A DNA stretch of 57,033 nt from Balanoglossus misakiensis (taxonomy: Eukaryota > Animalia > Hemichordata), in assembly GCA_040954595.2 (NCBI GenBank), contig JBECUI020000055.1, positions 1 through 57,033 of the forward strand. The letters run 5' to 3'. Below, piece by piece: positions 1-10,916 of this stretch. Positions within the stretch are counted from its first letter, which is position 1. Each line of letters starts with the position of its first letter. The notes beneath the pieces were generated by a model that was not told the DNA's origin, made no database searches, and worked only from the letters and a program-made list of their open reading frames with translations. The position numbers were made by a program, and so were the translations under genes.

Positions 1-580
1 GTTTGGTATCAAAATCTTTCAAGGCTGCCCTCGTAAGTTCTCCGAGAAACCCCCGGTTATAATCTGTTTCTCATCTCAAAAAGGATCTTTTGGAAAAAAG
101 AAAATGTCTACCAAGTTCAACAATACGGAGATATCAGTAAGGCCCTGAAAAAACATTTTACGATTATTTTAGCTTATATAAAATTCTGGAAAAGTCTGGA
201 ATCAAGCTGGATAAGCTTCCAAAATAGAATAATGTGGAGGCTTACAATCATCGGATTTGAGGCTTTGTGCAGAGAGTTTTAGCTCCTTTTTAAGGAATCA
301 CCTATACTTTTTTATCTTAAATATTCTTCTGTTCCTACTTTGGTAGTGACTTAGGCACCGGCTCATAAAACATATCGATCATCTTTTTTCTTTCTTCTTT
401 AAATAATTTTTTCTCTGACCTTCGTTGCCTACCCGTGGAGTTAATAAAACAACCAGTGTTATGCGCTTTTTGTCGACATGAATCTTTGCATTGGAGTCCC
501 TAAAATTCTACTCTCATTATGGTAAAAGGGTACTTTTCCTCATGATATTCCCAGAAATATGATTGACATGGTTATTGCTC

Positions 581-602
581 TAATGCAAGAGATATTGCAT
601 TA
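581..602. promoter_or_regulatory. Operator-like palindrome upstream of ABC transporter operon
   Basis: TAATGCAA-gagata-TTGCATTA, a perfect 8-bp inverted repeat, lies just downstream of TTGACA (563-568) and about 40 bp before the ATG. Confidence 0.4.
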
Positions 603-641
603 TAGGAGCCGGTATAAAAATTTATTCATCAGGAGTTTTGT

Positions 642-1439
642 ATGACAATGAGGAAATTTTTCATGATTCTGCTAACTATCATTCTGGCCGTAAGTGGTGT
701 TTTTGCCAGCGGCAACAGCAGTGAAACAGTGAAAGGCGGCAGACTAGATGAAATTAAAGCAAGTGGAAAACTTTTACTGGCAACGGGAAACTATGTTCCT
801 TTTGAATTTCTGGATCCAGAAACTAATGAAATGGCAGGTTACGATATAGACCTGATGCGTTTAATAGCTGATAAGCTGGGTGTTGAACTGCTTGTTGAGG
901 ATATGGACTTCACTTCTCTGATTCCAACGCTTCAGGCCGGAAAAGCTGATGTAGTGTGCGCCGCCATGTATATCAAGCCGGCGCGTGAAGAGGTTATCGA
1001 TTTTGCCAAGCCATATATGAAGACTGGTATGGTTCTGGTTGTCCCTCTGTCCAACGATACAATCATGTCTACAGAAGATTTAACAGGACTTCGTGTGGGA
1101 GCCAAAATGGGAGCCACATCCGAAGCCGTACTTCAGGATATGCTTGACCAAGGAGCTGATTTTGAAATTGTATCCTACAACGAAACTGTAGACTATATGC
1201 TCGATCTTCAGACCGGTCGTATAGACGCTGCTGTCAACGATCTGCTCAACCAACTGGAATTCAACAAAACCTATGATGGTCTTAAAATTGTGGGAGAGCC
1301 CTTTACCTCCGCTGAGCTTGGTATTGCTGTACAAGATGGCGATACAGAACTTCTGGCCTTCATTAACGAATCTCTTGCCGAGTTTGCTGCCGACGGTACT
1401 CTGGATCGGCTGTATGAAAAATGGATTGTCGGTGAATGA
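642..1439 (+). CDS. Polar amino-acid ABC transporter substrate-binding protein (family 3)
   Basis: Signal peptide; motifs YVPFEF, GYDIDL, FTSLIPTLQAGKAD, DLQTGRIDA, GTLDRLYEKW; AGGAG RBS. Confidence 0.93.
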   Translation: MTMRKFFMILLTIILAVSGVFASGNSSETVKGGRLDEIKASGKLLLATGNYVPFEFLDPETNEMAGYDIDLMRLIADKLGVELLVEDMDFTSLIPTLQAGKADVVCAAMYIKPAREEVIDFAKPYMKTGMVLVVPLSNDTIMSTEDLTGLRVGAKMGATSEAVLQDMLDQGADFEIVSYNETVDYMLDLQTGRIDAAVNDLLNQLEFNKTYDGLKIVGEPFTSAELGIAVQDGDTELLAFINESLAEFAADGTLDRLYEKWIVGE

Positions 1440-2092
1440 AACTTGATTATACAGTCATAATTGACAGTATACCCAATCTCCTTAAGGGATGTCTGGTTAC
1501 TCTGGAAATATCGCTGGCATCCCTGGCATTGGGGATGATAATCGGAATTGTGCTCGCAATGCTTCGGCTATCATCCTTCAAGCCCTTTCAGGCATTCAGC
1601 CGGGCTTATATTTGGGTGGTTCGCGGAACGCCGCTGCTGGTGCAACTCTTTATCCTTTATTTTGGCTTACCACAGCTGGGTATTGAGCTGTCAAGCATGA
1701 CTGCTGGGATATTGGGTATCGGACTCAATACAGCAGCATACATATCTGAAATTATTCGGTCTGGGATTATCGCCATAGACAGCGGGCAGATGGAGGCAGC
1801 CCAGAGTTTGGGTATGAGTTATCCCAAAGCCATGATCAGGATAATTGCCCCCCAGGTAATCAAGATCATCGTTCCGTCTCTCCTTAATCAGTTTATCATC
1901 ACTCTGAAAAACTCTTCTATTGCCTCCCTTGTGACAATTACGGAGCTGATGCGAGCGGGAAACCAGATTATTTATGCCACATTCAGAAGTTTTGAGGTAT
2001 ATACGGTTGTTGCTCTGCTCTATCTGGTTATGTGTTCTGCTTTGATGGTACTTTCAAAGCATGTGGAGAAGAGAATGGCAACAGAGGGGTAA
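1436..2092 (+). CDS. Polar amino-acid ABC transporter permease (HisM/GlnP type)
   Basis: RGTPLLVQLF, AYISEIIRSGI and GQMEAAQSLGM (EAA loop); ATGA overlap with the upstream gene. Confidence 0.95.
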   Translation: MKLDYTVIIDSIPNLLKGCLVTLEISLASLALGMIIGIVLAMLRLSSFKPFQAFSRAYIWVVRGTPLLVQLFILYFGLPQLGIELSSMTAGILGIGLNTAAYISEIIRSGIIAIDSGQMEAAQSLGMSYPKAMIRIIAPQVIKIIVPSLLNQFIITLKNSSIASLVTITELMRAGNQIIYATFRSFEVYTVVALLYLVMCSALMVLSKHVEKRMATEG

Positions 2093-2828
2093 ATGTTGGA
2101 GACTATACTTTCACTGGATAATATCCATAAAAGTTTCGGAGACCTCGAGGTTCTAAAGGGGATTGATCTCCGTGTGGAAAAGGGTGAGAAAATTGTAATT
2201 CTCGGACCCAGCGGTTCGGGAAAAAGCACCATTCTACGCTGTATCAATAAGCTGGAAAATATTAATCAGGGGCAGATTTCCTTCAAAGGGGAGGTGATCG
2301 ATACGCATACCAAGCTGACCAAGTTGCGTATGCACATTGGTATGGTATTTCAGCGTTTCAATCTGTTTCCCCACATGACGGCACTGGAGAACATTATTGA
2401 GGCTCCGGTTCAAGTTCGAAAAATACCGAAGAGTGAGGCTATCCTGCAGGCTGAGGAGCTTCTGAAGAGAATTGGTCTTTCAGATAAGCGGGATATTTAT
2501 CCTAAGCAGCTTTCAGGCGGTCAGCAACAGCGCGTGGCCCATAGCGCGTTCCTTAGCGATGAAACCGGATATTATTCTCTTTGATGAACCAACCTCCTCA
2601 CTGGATCCCGAATTGGTCGGGGAGGTGCTCGATGTTATGAAGGATCTTGCTGGAGAAGGGATCACCATGATTGTGGTCACCCATGAGATGCAGTTCGCCA
2701 GGGATGTGGCGGACCGAGTAATCTTTATGGATGAGGGATTTATTGTGGAGCAGGGGCCTCCCAGTATGATTTTTACCTCCCCCTCCCAAGAACGGACAAA
2801 AATGTTTCTGAAACGGATAATCCATTAA
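2093..2828 (+). CDS. Polar amino-acid ABC transporter ATPase (GlnQ type), one frameshift near 2540
   Basis: Walker [10 protein letters not shown] and signature LSGGQQQRV in ORF 2093-2584; Walker [12 protein letters not shown] and H-loop VTHEM in ORF 2472-2828. Confidence 0.92.
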
Positions 2829-4007
2829 GTCTTAAAAAACTTCTCACAGATTCTTCGGTATATTTCTGCTGCAGCGCAGAGATCCTCAATGATAACATGT
2901 TCATTGGGTTTGTGAGCCAGCGCGATATCACCAGGACCGAGAATTACTGTGGGAATTTTCAATTGGGAAGCACTGACCAGCGCATTGCAGCCATAAGGAG
3001 CCCCATAGTATTCCACCGGCTTTCCCCCCTCGCTGAGGGCTGATGCTACAAGCTCTGTAAAATTTTTGGCGGGGGCAGACTCTGTGATCCAGCCGGGTAG
3101 GAAATCTTCCATCTTCAGGATTTCTCCCGTATAGGTCCTAAGTTCATAACGGGCAATCTGAACTTCTGTATGGTTCAGATCTTCAAGGGCTTTTTCCCAT
3201 CGCCTCAGGAATTGCTCTTTTGTTTCATCATGGAGCAAACGGCATTCCCATAGGGCCCTGCATTGATGGGGAATAAAGCCGTTTCCCGGAGAGGGGAGAG
3301 ATGAAATCTCCACCAACTCTATCACCTCTTCTCCAAGGAGAGGGTGGGACAGCCTTGCTAAAGCTCGGATTCTCTGAACGGCTTTCATCATTGCGTAGAT
3401 GGCATTGTCTCCCAGCTCAGGGTGGCTGCTGTGTGCGACTTTACCGGTACAGATTATCTCCAGGCCCGCTCTTCCCTTCTCTCTGTTGCCGATTTTTTAA
3501 GCCTGTAGGTTCACCGATAATAATGGCATCAACAGGAAGTTTCCCAATAATGTGATTCAGTGCTGTTCCAATGGATATTTCTTCTCCAACGGAGGCGGAT
3601 ACAACAATCCGGCCTGAAAAATCTGATCTCTTCAAATAAGAGGGGGCGTAGATCATGGCCGCAAGAGCTCCCTTCATATCGGCGGAGCCGCGCCCCCAAA
3701 TCCGGCCGCCCGAAACTTCACCGCCAAAGGGATTATAATCCCACTCATCCTCATCTCTGACAGGAACTACGTCCATATGACCATCAAAAAGGAGCGTTAA
3801 ACCAGGAGAATTGCCGTTGAGAAGGCCCTGAACAGAACCAAATTTATCGACACGCACCTCATCGTAGCCCAGGGCTTCCATTTTTTTGGCAATAGAGTAA
3901 GCGGTTTTGCTTTCATGGCCTGAACTTTCATTGATTCTGATAAGTTCCGTTGTGTAGGCGATTATTTCTTTTTGTTGAGTATGGCTAAGAGTCATTGAGT
4001 TCTCCAC
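2825..4007 (-). CDS. M20 family metallopeptidase/deacylase (ArgE/DapE/YgeY-like), frameshifted
   Basis: [21 protein letters not shown] and GEPT in 3441-4007; [13 protein letters not shown] in 2825-3391. Confidence 0.85.
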
Positions 4008-4540
4008 CTTTTCATCTAAACTCTATTCTGAGGGGATGCCATAGGAGACTGTTTTCTCCCCCGCTTAACGTTACACTGGCCAGATGATTGTTCCGCTTTT
4101 CTCACTTCCAACAAGAGGGCCTATCAGCTTGCTGGATGATCCTCCTTGAGCACCTGTAAGGGAAAGTCTCTGCTTGATCATTGAAAACCCCTTGTAGCGG
4201 AAAATGTCTTGGATAAATAAGACAAACCTTCCCCGCCGGTATTCAGTATATTTTCCCCCCTCTGTTGCAGGCTTTACAAACACCATCTGTAAAGGCGGTG
4301 CTTATCCTTCCATGATGCAGGTCTAAGAATCCTTATAAACCCTTTCGGCCATCATCCCCCATTATGCTTGTGCAGAGCCATTAAGGGGAGTAGGATGAGC
4401 TAGAGAGGCTTAAAAGACCTCCAAGGCAGCCCCTAAAAGCCCCCTATTGTTATAGAGAGTTTAGGCATAATGAAGTAGGGCGTGAAGCAGAGGCTTGGTC
4501 TTCTTGTTAAGAAGGGTAGTAGGAGGAGTGAGGGTATTGA

Positions 4541-5464
4541 ATGGTTTATCCTATTGAAAAGAAATTTGTTGTGGCTGTCTCCTCACGGGCCCTTTTTAAT
4601 TTGGATGAAGCCAATGACATATATGAAAAAAAAGGACTTGAATCTTACAAGAAACACCAAGAACAGAATTTAAACAAGATCTTAGATAAAGGCCGTGCTT
4701 TTCCTTTTATAAGAAGATTTTTAAATATTAACAAAGTCTATGAACAGGACCTTGTAGAAGTAGTCTTATTGTCACGCAATAGTGCCGAGACAGGATTAAG
4801 AGTGTTTCGCTCTATCAGGGAACACGATCTCAATATCAGCAGAGCTGTATTTTTATCAGGTGAAAGCCCCTTTCCCTATCTTCCAGCCTTTAACGTGACC
4901 TTATTTTTGTCTATTAACGAAGAAGATGTGAAGCAATCCATAGAACACCGTTATCCGGCTGGATTGATTTTGGATACCCCTATAGAAGATGATGAAGAGG
5001 ATACTGAACTGAGAGTTGCCTTTGACTTTGATGGGGTGGTAGCCGATGATAGTGCTGAAAAAATATACAAGGAAAATAAAGAAATAGCAGAGTTCCACAA
5101 GCATGAACAAGAACATGTCAAAGATCCTTTGCCTGAAGGAATTTTAAAAGAATTCCTTCAGCGTCTTTCCGCTATCCAGAATCTGGAAACTTTTATGATG
5201 TCTCAGCATAAAAATCAGAAGAGACTTATAAAAACGTCCATTGTAACGGCCAGGAATGCTCCTGCTCATGAGAGGGTAATCAATACGTTAAAAGCATGGG
5301 ATGTGGCTGTTGACTCGATGTTTCTGCTGGGCGGCATAGAGAAAAAAAGAGTATTACAAATTTTAAAGCCGCACCTTTATCTTGATGATCAAAAAGTGCA
5401 TCTAGATAAGACTTTAAGCAACATTCCCCTAGTGCACATTCCTTTTGGCATTGCTAACCAATAA
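4541..5464 (+). CDS. 5'-nucleotidase (cN-I-like, HAD superfamily)
   Basis: VAVSSRALF, LLSRNS, LRVAFDFDGV, VTARNAPAHERV and PHLYLDDQ, typical of the bacterial 5-nucleotidase family. Confidence 0.88.
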   Translation: MVYPIEKKFVVAVSSRALFNLDEANDIYEKKGLESYKKHQEQNLNKILDKGRAFPFIRRFLNINKVYEQDLVEVVLLSRNSAETGLRVFRSIREHDLNISRAVFLSGESPFPYLPAFNVTLFLSINEEDVKQSIEHRYPAGLILDTPIEDDEEDTELRVAFDFDGVVADDSAEKIYKENKEIAEFHKHEQEHVKDPLPEGILKEFLQRLSAIQNLETFMMSQHKNQKRLIKTSIVTARNAPAHERVINTLKAWDVAVDSMFLLGGIEKKRVLQILKPHLYLDDQKVHLDKTLSNIPLVHIPFGIANQ

Positions 5465-6924
5465 AAGCAAAAGCTGTCTCGGAAAAAATCAGTGTTTGGT
5501 GGAAATACCGATGCAAAAAAGGCTGAGTGATCAAATTCAAGAAAGAATAAGGTGTTGTGAAAAAGTTTCAGCACATCTATGCATACACAGCCTCAAGCCA
5601 AAACAAGAAATCATTGAGTATTCTCTCTCTTTCAATAAGGGCTAGATAGTCTAAAAAAATCCTGGAGTATGGCTCGCAGGTCAGGCTTACGGCCAAACCT
5701 GCATTGTTGGCCTGGGCAATCCTTTGCTGTGCGGGGGTAGGGGAGGGGCGAGAGTTTAAACAAGGAATGTGAGGGGTTCTCCTTGCCCGTTTAGGCGGAT
5801 TCCCTTGTCTGGGACCATAGCCCGGAGAGTTTTCACAAGGCTAAGAGATCCTGAGCTTAGCCCCAGCGCCGCCTTCTTAGGTTTCCTGGACAACAAGTCC
5901 ACACTGTACCTCAAGGATAAACCAGACTTTAAAAGCGATGGGCCCAGACGGCGTTCTGATGAGGGTATACGGTTCCCGAGGAAGAGATGAAGTTGGCCTA
6001 ATTCTGACTGAATAAAGCCAAGTAGCGGGGGGGGATTTGATTACAAAGGGGTGAAAAATAGACAATTGGAACAGTTTCGCAAAGAATTATCAAAAACTCT
6101 TATGAATACCTGTTTACCCATCAGGAGAAAGAGGTTCTTATTACTTGATAGCTTGTTATTCTACTATAAAGAAACTCTCAAAGTTGCCAGACTATACAAA
6201 CTTTATCACATGGATATTGTCGTAGTTAAAAAAAGTTTTTCTGCTTCTTGAGTAAACATAAATGTCCTTTAGGAAAAGAATAAGTAGTTCCGCAGGTAGC
6301 AATGCGCGGCTATCGTTAAAATTTTTTTAATCGTAAACAGGACCTTCCAGGCTTTGTCGCATCTGGGATGCCCCCTGGCTAGGCTGAAGGGGGGGGGAAT
6401 AAATTTATTATTAAATCAAACAAACTAGGAATCAACTAAAATCTGAAAAATTTTATGGAAATACACAAAAATATTACCCTTAGATTTAGAAGGTTTTTAA
6501 GCATCTCATTTTATCCTACAATTAAGAAGTTCATGGTTCCCCGAAGAGTACAAAAAAATAAACCGACCTAAAAATAACATTAAAAAATAGTATCCCTAAA
6601 ACACTCATATTAGAACAAATTGATTGACACAAAGAACTGTAAGGTAAAATTGAATAAGAAAAAACCGCATATACTGAATTTATCTATACTGTGAAATCTA
6701 TGCTGATAAATGACCTCTTATTATTTTAAGATTTTTAGAATAGAATTAAAAACCATAGAGGCTTTCTTTAGTAATATGATTTTATAAAATAGTTTTTAAT
6801 AGACCTGAAATTTCAAAAAAATTGTTTTATAATAACCGAGTGAAATAGAAAGCTACTGAATGCCTGTGGTTTTTGGTTGAAATTTAGAACCATTTTTTAG
6901 TATGTTAACAAAGACAAGGTAAAA

Positions 6925-7587
6925 ATGGCAATTTTTTATTACAGCAGTTCTAAGGACAGTTTTTTATTCTATAGTTGTCAAGAAGATAATATCTTTCTGT
7001 TTATAGGCGACGTGTGGCAAATAAACAATTTGCTTTCTTTCAGTTTTTTTTATCCAAAGAAATTAAAATTTCTAGAAATTATTCTTGCTGAAGACTATGT
7101 TCCAATAGACAAAAAAAAATTAACTATCAGGTTAAAACCGGAATTCTTTTTTACAAAAGAATATGGGATAATGCAGGCCATGTTGGCCGTGCATAAGCTT
7201 TTCTCACTACGTTTATCTTGTCTAGCAAGTCACTCTTCTGAGGATATTTCCCTGTCCTTGGATCTGTCGGGAAGGCTTTACCCATGCCATGGTAAATCTT
7301 TTTCTAAAGGCCAATATGCCCATGGGTTTATTACTTCTAAATCAAGAAGACAAGCAAAACCCTTAGCATTGACTTTTTTAGATTTTCCTCAAGATACCGT
7401 GGAGATTTTCGCTTCTCAATGCTTGGAAACAGAAGAAAATAGGGCGGAAGATTTTTATTTAGTCACTTTTTTTCAGAATAAAGCTAGTCAGGTAACTCAG
7501 GCTATAACAGGCGTATTAAAGAATGATAATTTTGGGACAACTTTATGGTTAGACCGTGAAAATTACAAAGAGAAATTAGCATCGTGA
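6925..7587 (+). CDS. Hypothetical protein directly upstream of gajA
   Basis: 220-aa ORF in AT-rich DNA with an AAGGT RBS-like motif; 31 bp from the next gene; no recognisable motif. Confidence 0.55.
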   Translation: MAIFYYSSSKDSFLFYSCQEDNIFLFIGDVWQINNLLSFSFFYPKKLKFLEIILAEDYVPIDKKKLTIRLKPEFFFTKEYGIMQAMLAVHKLFSLRLSCLASHSSEDISLSLDLSGRLYPCHGKSFSKGQYAHGFITSKSRRQAKPLALTFLDFPQDTVEIFASQCLETEENRAEDFYLVTFFQNKASQVTQAITGVLKNDNFGTTLWLDRENYKEKLAS

Positions 7588-7618
7588 TTTTCTTTTTAAT
7601 GAGCAAAGAGGCAAAATT

Positions 7619-9247
7619 ATGAGAATAGAAAAAGTAAAAATATTTAACTATAAATGCTTTAAAAAATTTTCATTAGAATTTAATGAAGGTTTAAATGTTA
7701 TTGTTGGAAATAACGAGGCCGGTAAATCAACAATTCTTGAAGCTATCAATCTTGCTTTAACAGGCATACTGAAGGGTAGTTATTTAAGAAATGAAATAAG
7801 TCAGTATCTATTCAACATGGAAGTTGTTGATCAATTTCTTAAAAACATAGAAGAAGGAAAAAATCCCCTCCCTCCAGAAGTAGGAATAGAAATCTTCTTT
7901 GCAGAGAATGATGGCGGTTGTATAGATCAATTCAAAGGCAATTACAATATTGAAAGGAATAGGGCGGCAGGTATTGTTTTCAAAATAGAATTTGATGAAG
8001 ATTATCAAGGCGAATATGAAAAACTTATTGTGTCAAATGAAAAATTAGATTCCATACCCATTGAGTACTATAAAGTAACATGGAAAACTTTCTCGAGAGA
8101 AACCATCTCTACAAAAATTATTCCCATTAAGGCCCTTCTTATCGATTCAAATGATAATAAATGCCAAAATGGTTCCGATGTCTATATCTCAAGAATAATT
8201 AAGAATATCCTTTCGGACGAAGAGAAGGTAGGTATTTCACAAGCTTATTGTAAAATGAAAGAGGCATTTATTAACGATCAAAAAGTAAATATAATCAACA
8301 AAAAACTAAAAGCGAATTCAAGAATAATGGAAAAGCAATTAAACATTTCAACAGACTTACCAGCTAAACATTCTTGGGAAACACATTTAATGACCTACCT
8401 TGAATCCATACCATTTCATCAAATTGGTAAAGGGAAACAATGCATAATTAAAACAAATCTCGCCCTGTCTCATAGAAAGAACCTGGAGGCCAGTTTGTTA
8501 TTACTTGAAGAACCTGAAAATCATTTATCTTATAGTAACCTTAAGGTCTTGCTGAAAAATATTTTAAAAGAAAATGAGCAAAAACAGATTATTGTAACAA
8601 CTCATAGTAGTCACGTGGCTAATCAATTTGGCTTAGATAAGCTAATATTGTTACACGATTCAAAGACCGCTACAATAACTGACTTGCCCAGTTCTACTTT
8701 CAATTTTTTTAAGAAACTACCCCGCTACGAAACGCTACGGCTTTTGCTTTGTCAAAAAGCTGTATTGATTGAGAAGGATTCTAATAAATTAATTTTTCAG
8801 CGAGCTTATAGGGATAAGAATAATGGAAGACTTCCCATCGAAGACGGCATTGATGTTATTTCTGTAGAATCAGCTTTTAAATATTTTCTTGATATTGCAA
8901 AATTAATGAATAAGAGTGTAGCAGCAATTACCGATAACCATGATGACTATTACAATCAGATAAACAAAACATATAAGGACTTTAAAGAGGTAGCCTGCAT
9001 TTCCATATTTGCCGATAAGCGCAATGACCTTAAGACCTTAGAGTCCCAAATGATAGATGCAAACAAAAAACAGTTAGGGGATTTTTGCAAAGCTCTTGAA
9101 ATAGATTCCAATTGTGCACTTGAATCTGTTTTGGCCTATATGTCCAACAATAGAACTGAATGGGCCTTGAAGATCTTTGAATTTTCCCAAACAGTCCATT
9201 ATCCTCAATACATTATTGATGCTGTGGGGTGGTGTAATGAACAATAA
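7619..9247 (+). CDS. gajA: OLD-family ABC ATPase/TOPRIM nuclease, Gabija GajA-like
   Basis: Walker A GNNEAGKST, Walker B LLLEEPENHL, H-loop TTHSS, C-terminal TOPRIM-like region (GIDVISV); overlaps a downstream UvrD gene. Confidence 0.8.
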   Translation: MRIEKVKIFNYKCFKKFSLEFNEGLNVIVGNNEAGKSTILEAINLALTGILKGSYLRNEISQYLFNMEVVDQFLKNIEEGKNPLPPEVGIEIFFAENDGGCIDQFKGNYNIERNRAAGIVFKIEFDEDYQGEYEKLIVSNEKLDSIPIEYYKVTWKTFSRETISTKIIPIKALLIDSNDNKCQNGSDVYISRIIKNILSDEEKVGISQAYCKMKEAFINDQKVNIINKKLKANSRIMEKQLNISTDLPAKHSWETHLMTYLESIPFHQIGKGKQCIIKTNLALSHRKNLEASLLLLEEPENHLSYSNLKVLLKNILKENEQKQIIVTTHSSHVANQFGLDKLILLHDSKTATITDLPSSTFNFFKKLPRYETLRLLLCQKAVLIEKDSNKLIFQRAYRDKNNGRLPIEDGIDVISVESAFKYFLDIAKLMNKSVAAITDNHDDYYNQINKTYKDFKEVACISIFADKRNDLKTLESQMIDANKKQLGDFCKALEIDSNCALESVLAYMSNNRTEWALKIFEFSQTVHYPQYIIDAVGWCNEQ

Positions 9248-10439
9248 TAAATTGTTAATTGCTGCTGCCGGTTCCGGGAAAACAACGTTTCTGGTTAAAA
9301 AGGCTCTCAACATATCTTCGGAGAATGTGCTCATCACAACGTATACAGAGGCAAATAAAAAAGAAATAAGAAAGAAAATAATTAGAGAAAAGGGTTACAT
9401 TCCCTCCAATATTAAGATTCTCACATGGTTTACCTTTTTATTACAGCATGGAGTCAGGCCCTATCAGAGTATATTGAACGAAGATCTTCATGAAACAGAC
9501 ATAGGTTTTTACTTAACCGATAAAAAATCTGGTCATAGATATGAAACAGTCTATTGGGGTGAAAAGGATTTTATGGAATACTATTTTACTGAAACTATGA
9601 AGATATATTCTGATAAAATATCCAAATTTATATTCAAATGTAATGAAAAATCCAATGGACTTGTTATCAATCGTATTGCAAGTATTTTTGATCACATCTA
9701 CATTGATGAAATACAAGATTTAGCAGGTTATGATTTAGAACTTTTGAAATTATTTTTTAAAACACCAAAATCAGTATTACTTGTCGGTGATCCGAGACAG
9801 GTTACCTATTTGACGCATCCCACAAAAAAATACCAAAAATATTCAAGAGGAAAAATCAAGGATTTCATCAATAGTGAATTAGGCAAAAATGTTACCTGTG
9901 AAATTGATGAGACAACGTTAAATATTTCTTACAGAAATAACCAGTCAATATGTGAATTCTCGGGAAGGCTTTATCCTGATTATCCAATTCCTAAGGCCAG
10001 TACTAGTGATTCCTGCAACTCCCTTTCTTCCGGACATGAGGGAATATTCATTATTCGGCGGCAGGATATAGAATCCTATTTAGAACAATACCAATCGGTT
10101 CAACTCCGTTGGAATTCTAGTGAAAAGTGTAAAAACGGGTATCCTGTCATGAATTTTGGTGAATCAAAGGGCCGTACCTTTGATCGTGTATTGATTTATC
10201 CTACGGATGCAATGAAAAAATGGATTAAAAACAATTCAGTAGAATTAAAAAATGAAACCCGTGCAAAACTATATGTGGGCATTACAAGAGCAAAATATAG
10301 TGTGGGTATAGTAATGGATTGCGATAATAAAAATGAAATTAATGGACTCTCAGTTTATCAAGCAGAAGATTATACCCATGTTCCTCATACCTTAGCTGAT
10401 GCGGTTTCAACCCTTTCTGCCATGTCCATTTCCGAATAA
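9237..10439 (+). CDS. gajB: UvrD-like helicase, Gabija GajB-like
   Basis: AAAGSGKTT, ITTYT, YIDEIQDL, VGDPRQ, SKGRTFD and YVGITRA; short UvrD; ATG at 9237 overlaps the gajA stop. Confidence 0.8.
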   Translation: MNNNKLLIAAAGSGKTTFLVKKALNISSENVLITTYTEANKKEIRKKIIREKGYIPSNIKILTWFTFLLQHGVRPYQSILNEDLHETDIGFYLTDKKSGHRYETVYWGEKDFMEYYFTETMKIYSDKISKFIFKCNEKSNGLVINRIASIFDHIYIDEIQDLAGYDLELLKLFFKTPKSVLLVGDPRQVTYLTHPTKKYQKYSRGKIKDFINSELGKNVTCEIDETTLNISYRNNQSICEFSGRLYPDYPIPKASTSDSCNSLSSGHEGIFIIRRQDIESYLEQYQSVQLRWNSSEKCKNGYPVMNFGESKGRTFDRVLIYPTDAMKKWIKNNSVELKNETRAKLYVGITRAKYSVGIVMDCDNKNEINGLSVYQAEDYTHVPHTLADAVSTLSAMSISE

Positions 10440-10813
10440 GCACCTGTAAATAAATTTGTGTTAGAGCTCTCTGTCTTTATTATAGGATAAGAGAGGAGCT
10501 TTTAGGTTGTCCGAAACCAATGGAGTTTATGGGTTAGCTAATAATCTAACTCAGATAGAAAACAGAGTTCAAGAATCCTCTAGGGCAAGAAAACAACAAC
10601 CAGAAATATTGCAGAGTCGAGGAAAGCCCTAGTCTTGCATTGTAAGAACCTGAATCCCCCATAGGACACTTCTTTAGCATAGTTCAAAAGAATCAAGGAT
10701 CAGAAACCCGATGCGAAGGAAGGGCATGCACAGCCAAGCAACAAACCAGCAGCGCTAACATAATATTGGGGCTGCCAAGCTTATCAAACGGGCATGAGTC
10801 AACCCAAGAGACA

Positions 10814-10915
10814 GCCTAGGTCCAGGGCTATTGCGCAGATTACTTGCATACTGGAAAGTAATAAAGAAAATAAGGTGAGCGGAGTAATCTGCGGATAAGC
10901 AGACAGGAGTTAGGT
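10814..10915. other. Imperfect inverted repeat, attC-like, ending in GTTAGGT immediately before mod
   Basis: Perfect 11-bp arms CGCAGATTACT (10834-10844) and AGTAATCTGCG (10883-10893); imperfect outer arms GCCTAGG and GTTAGGT. Confidence 0.35.
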
Positions 10916-10916
10916 C

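Noticed and set aside
5445-6900. Short ORFs or an ncRNA between the nucleotidase and the Gabija region
   Set aside because: No recognisable motifs, RBS or RNA family; probably decayed island DNA.
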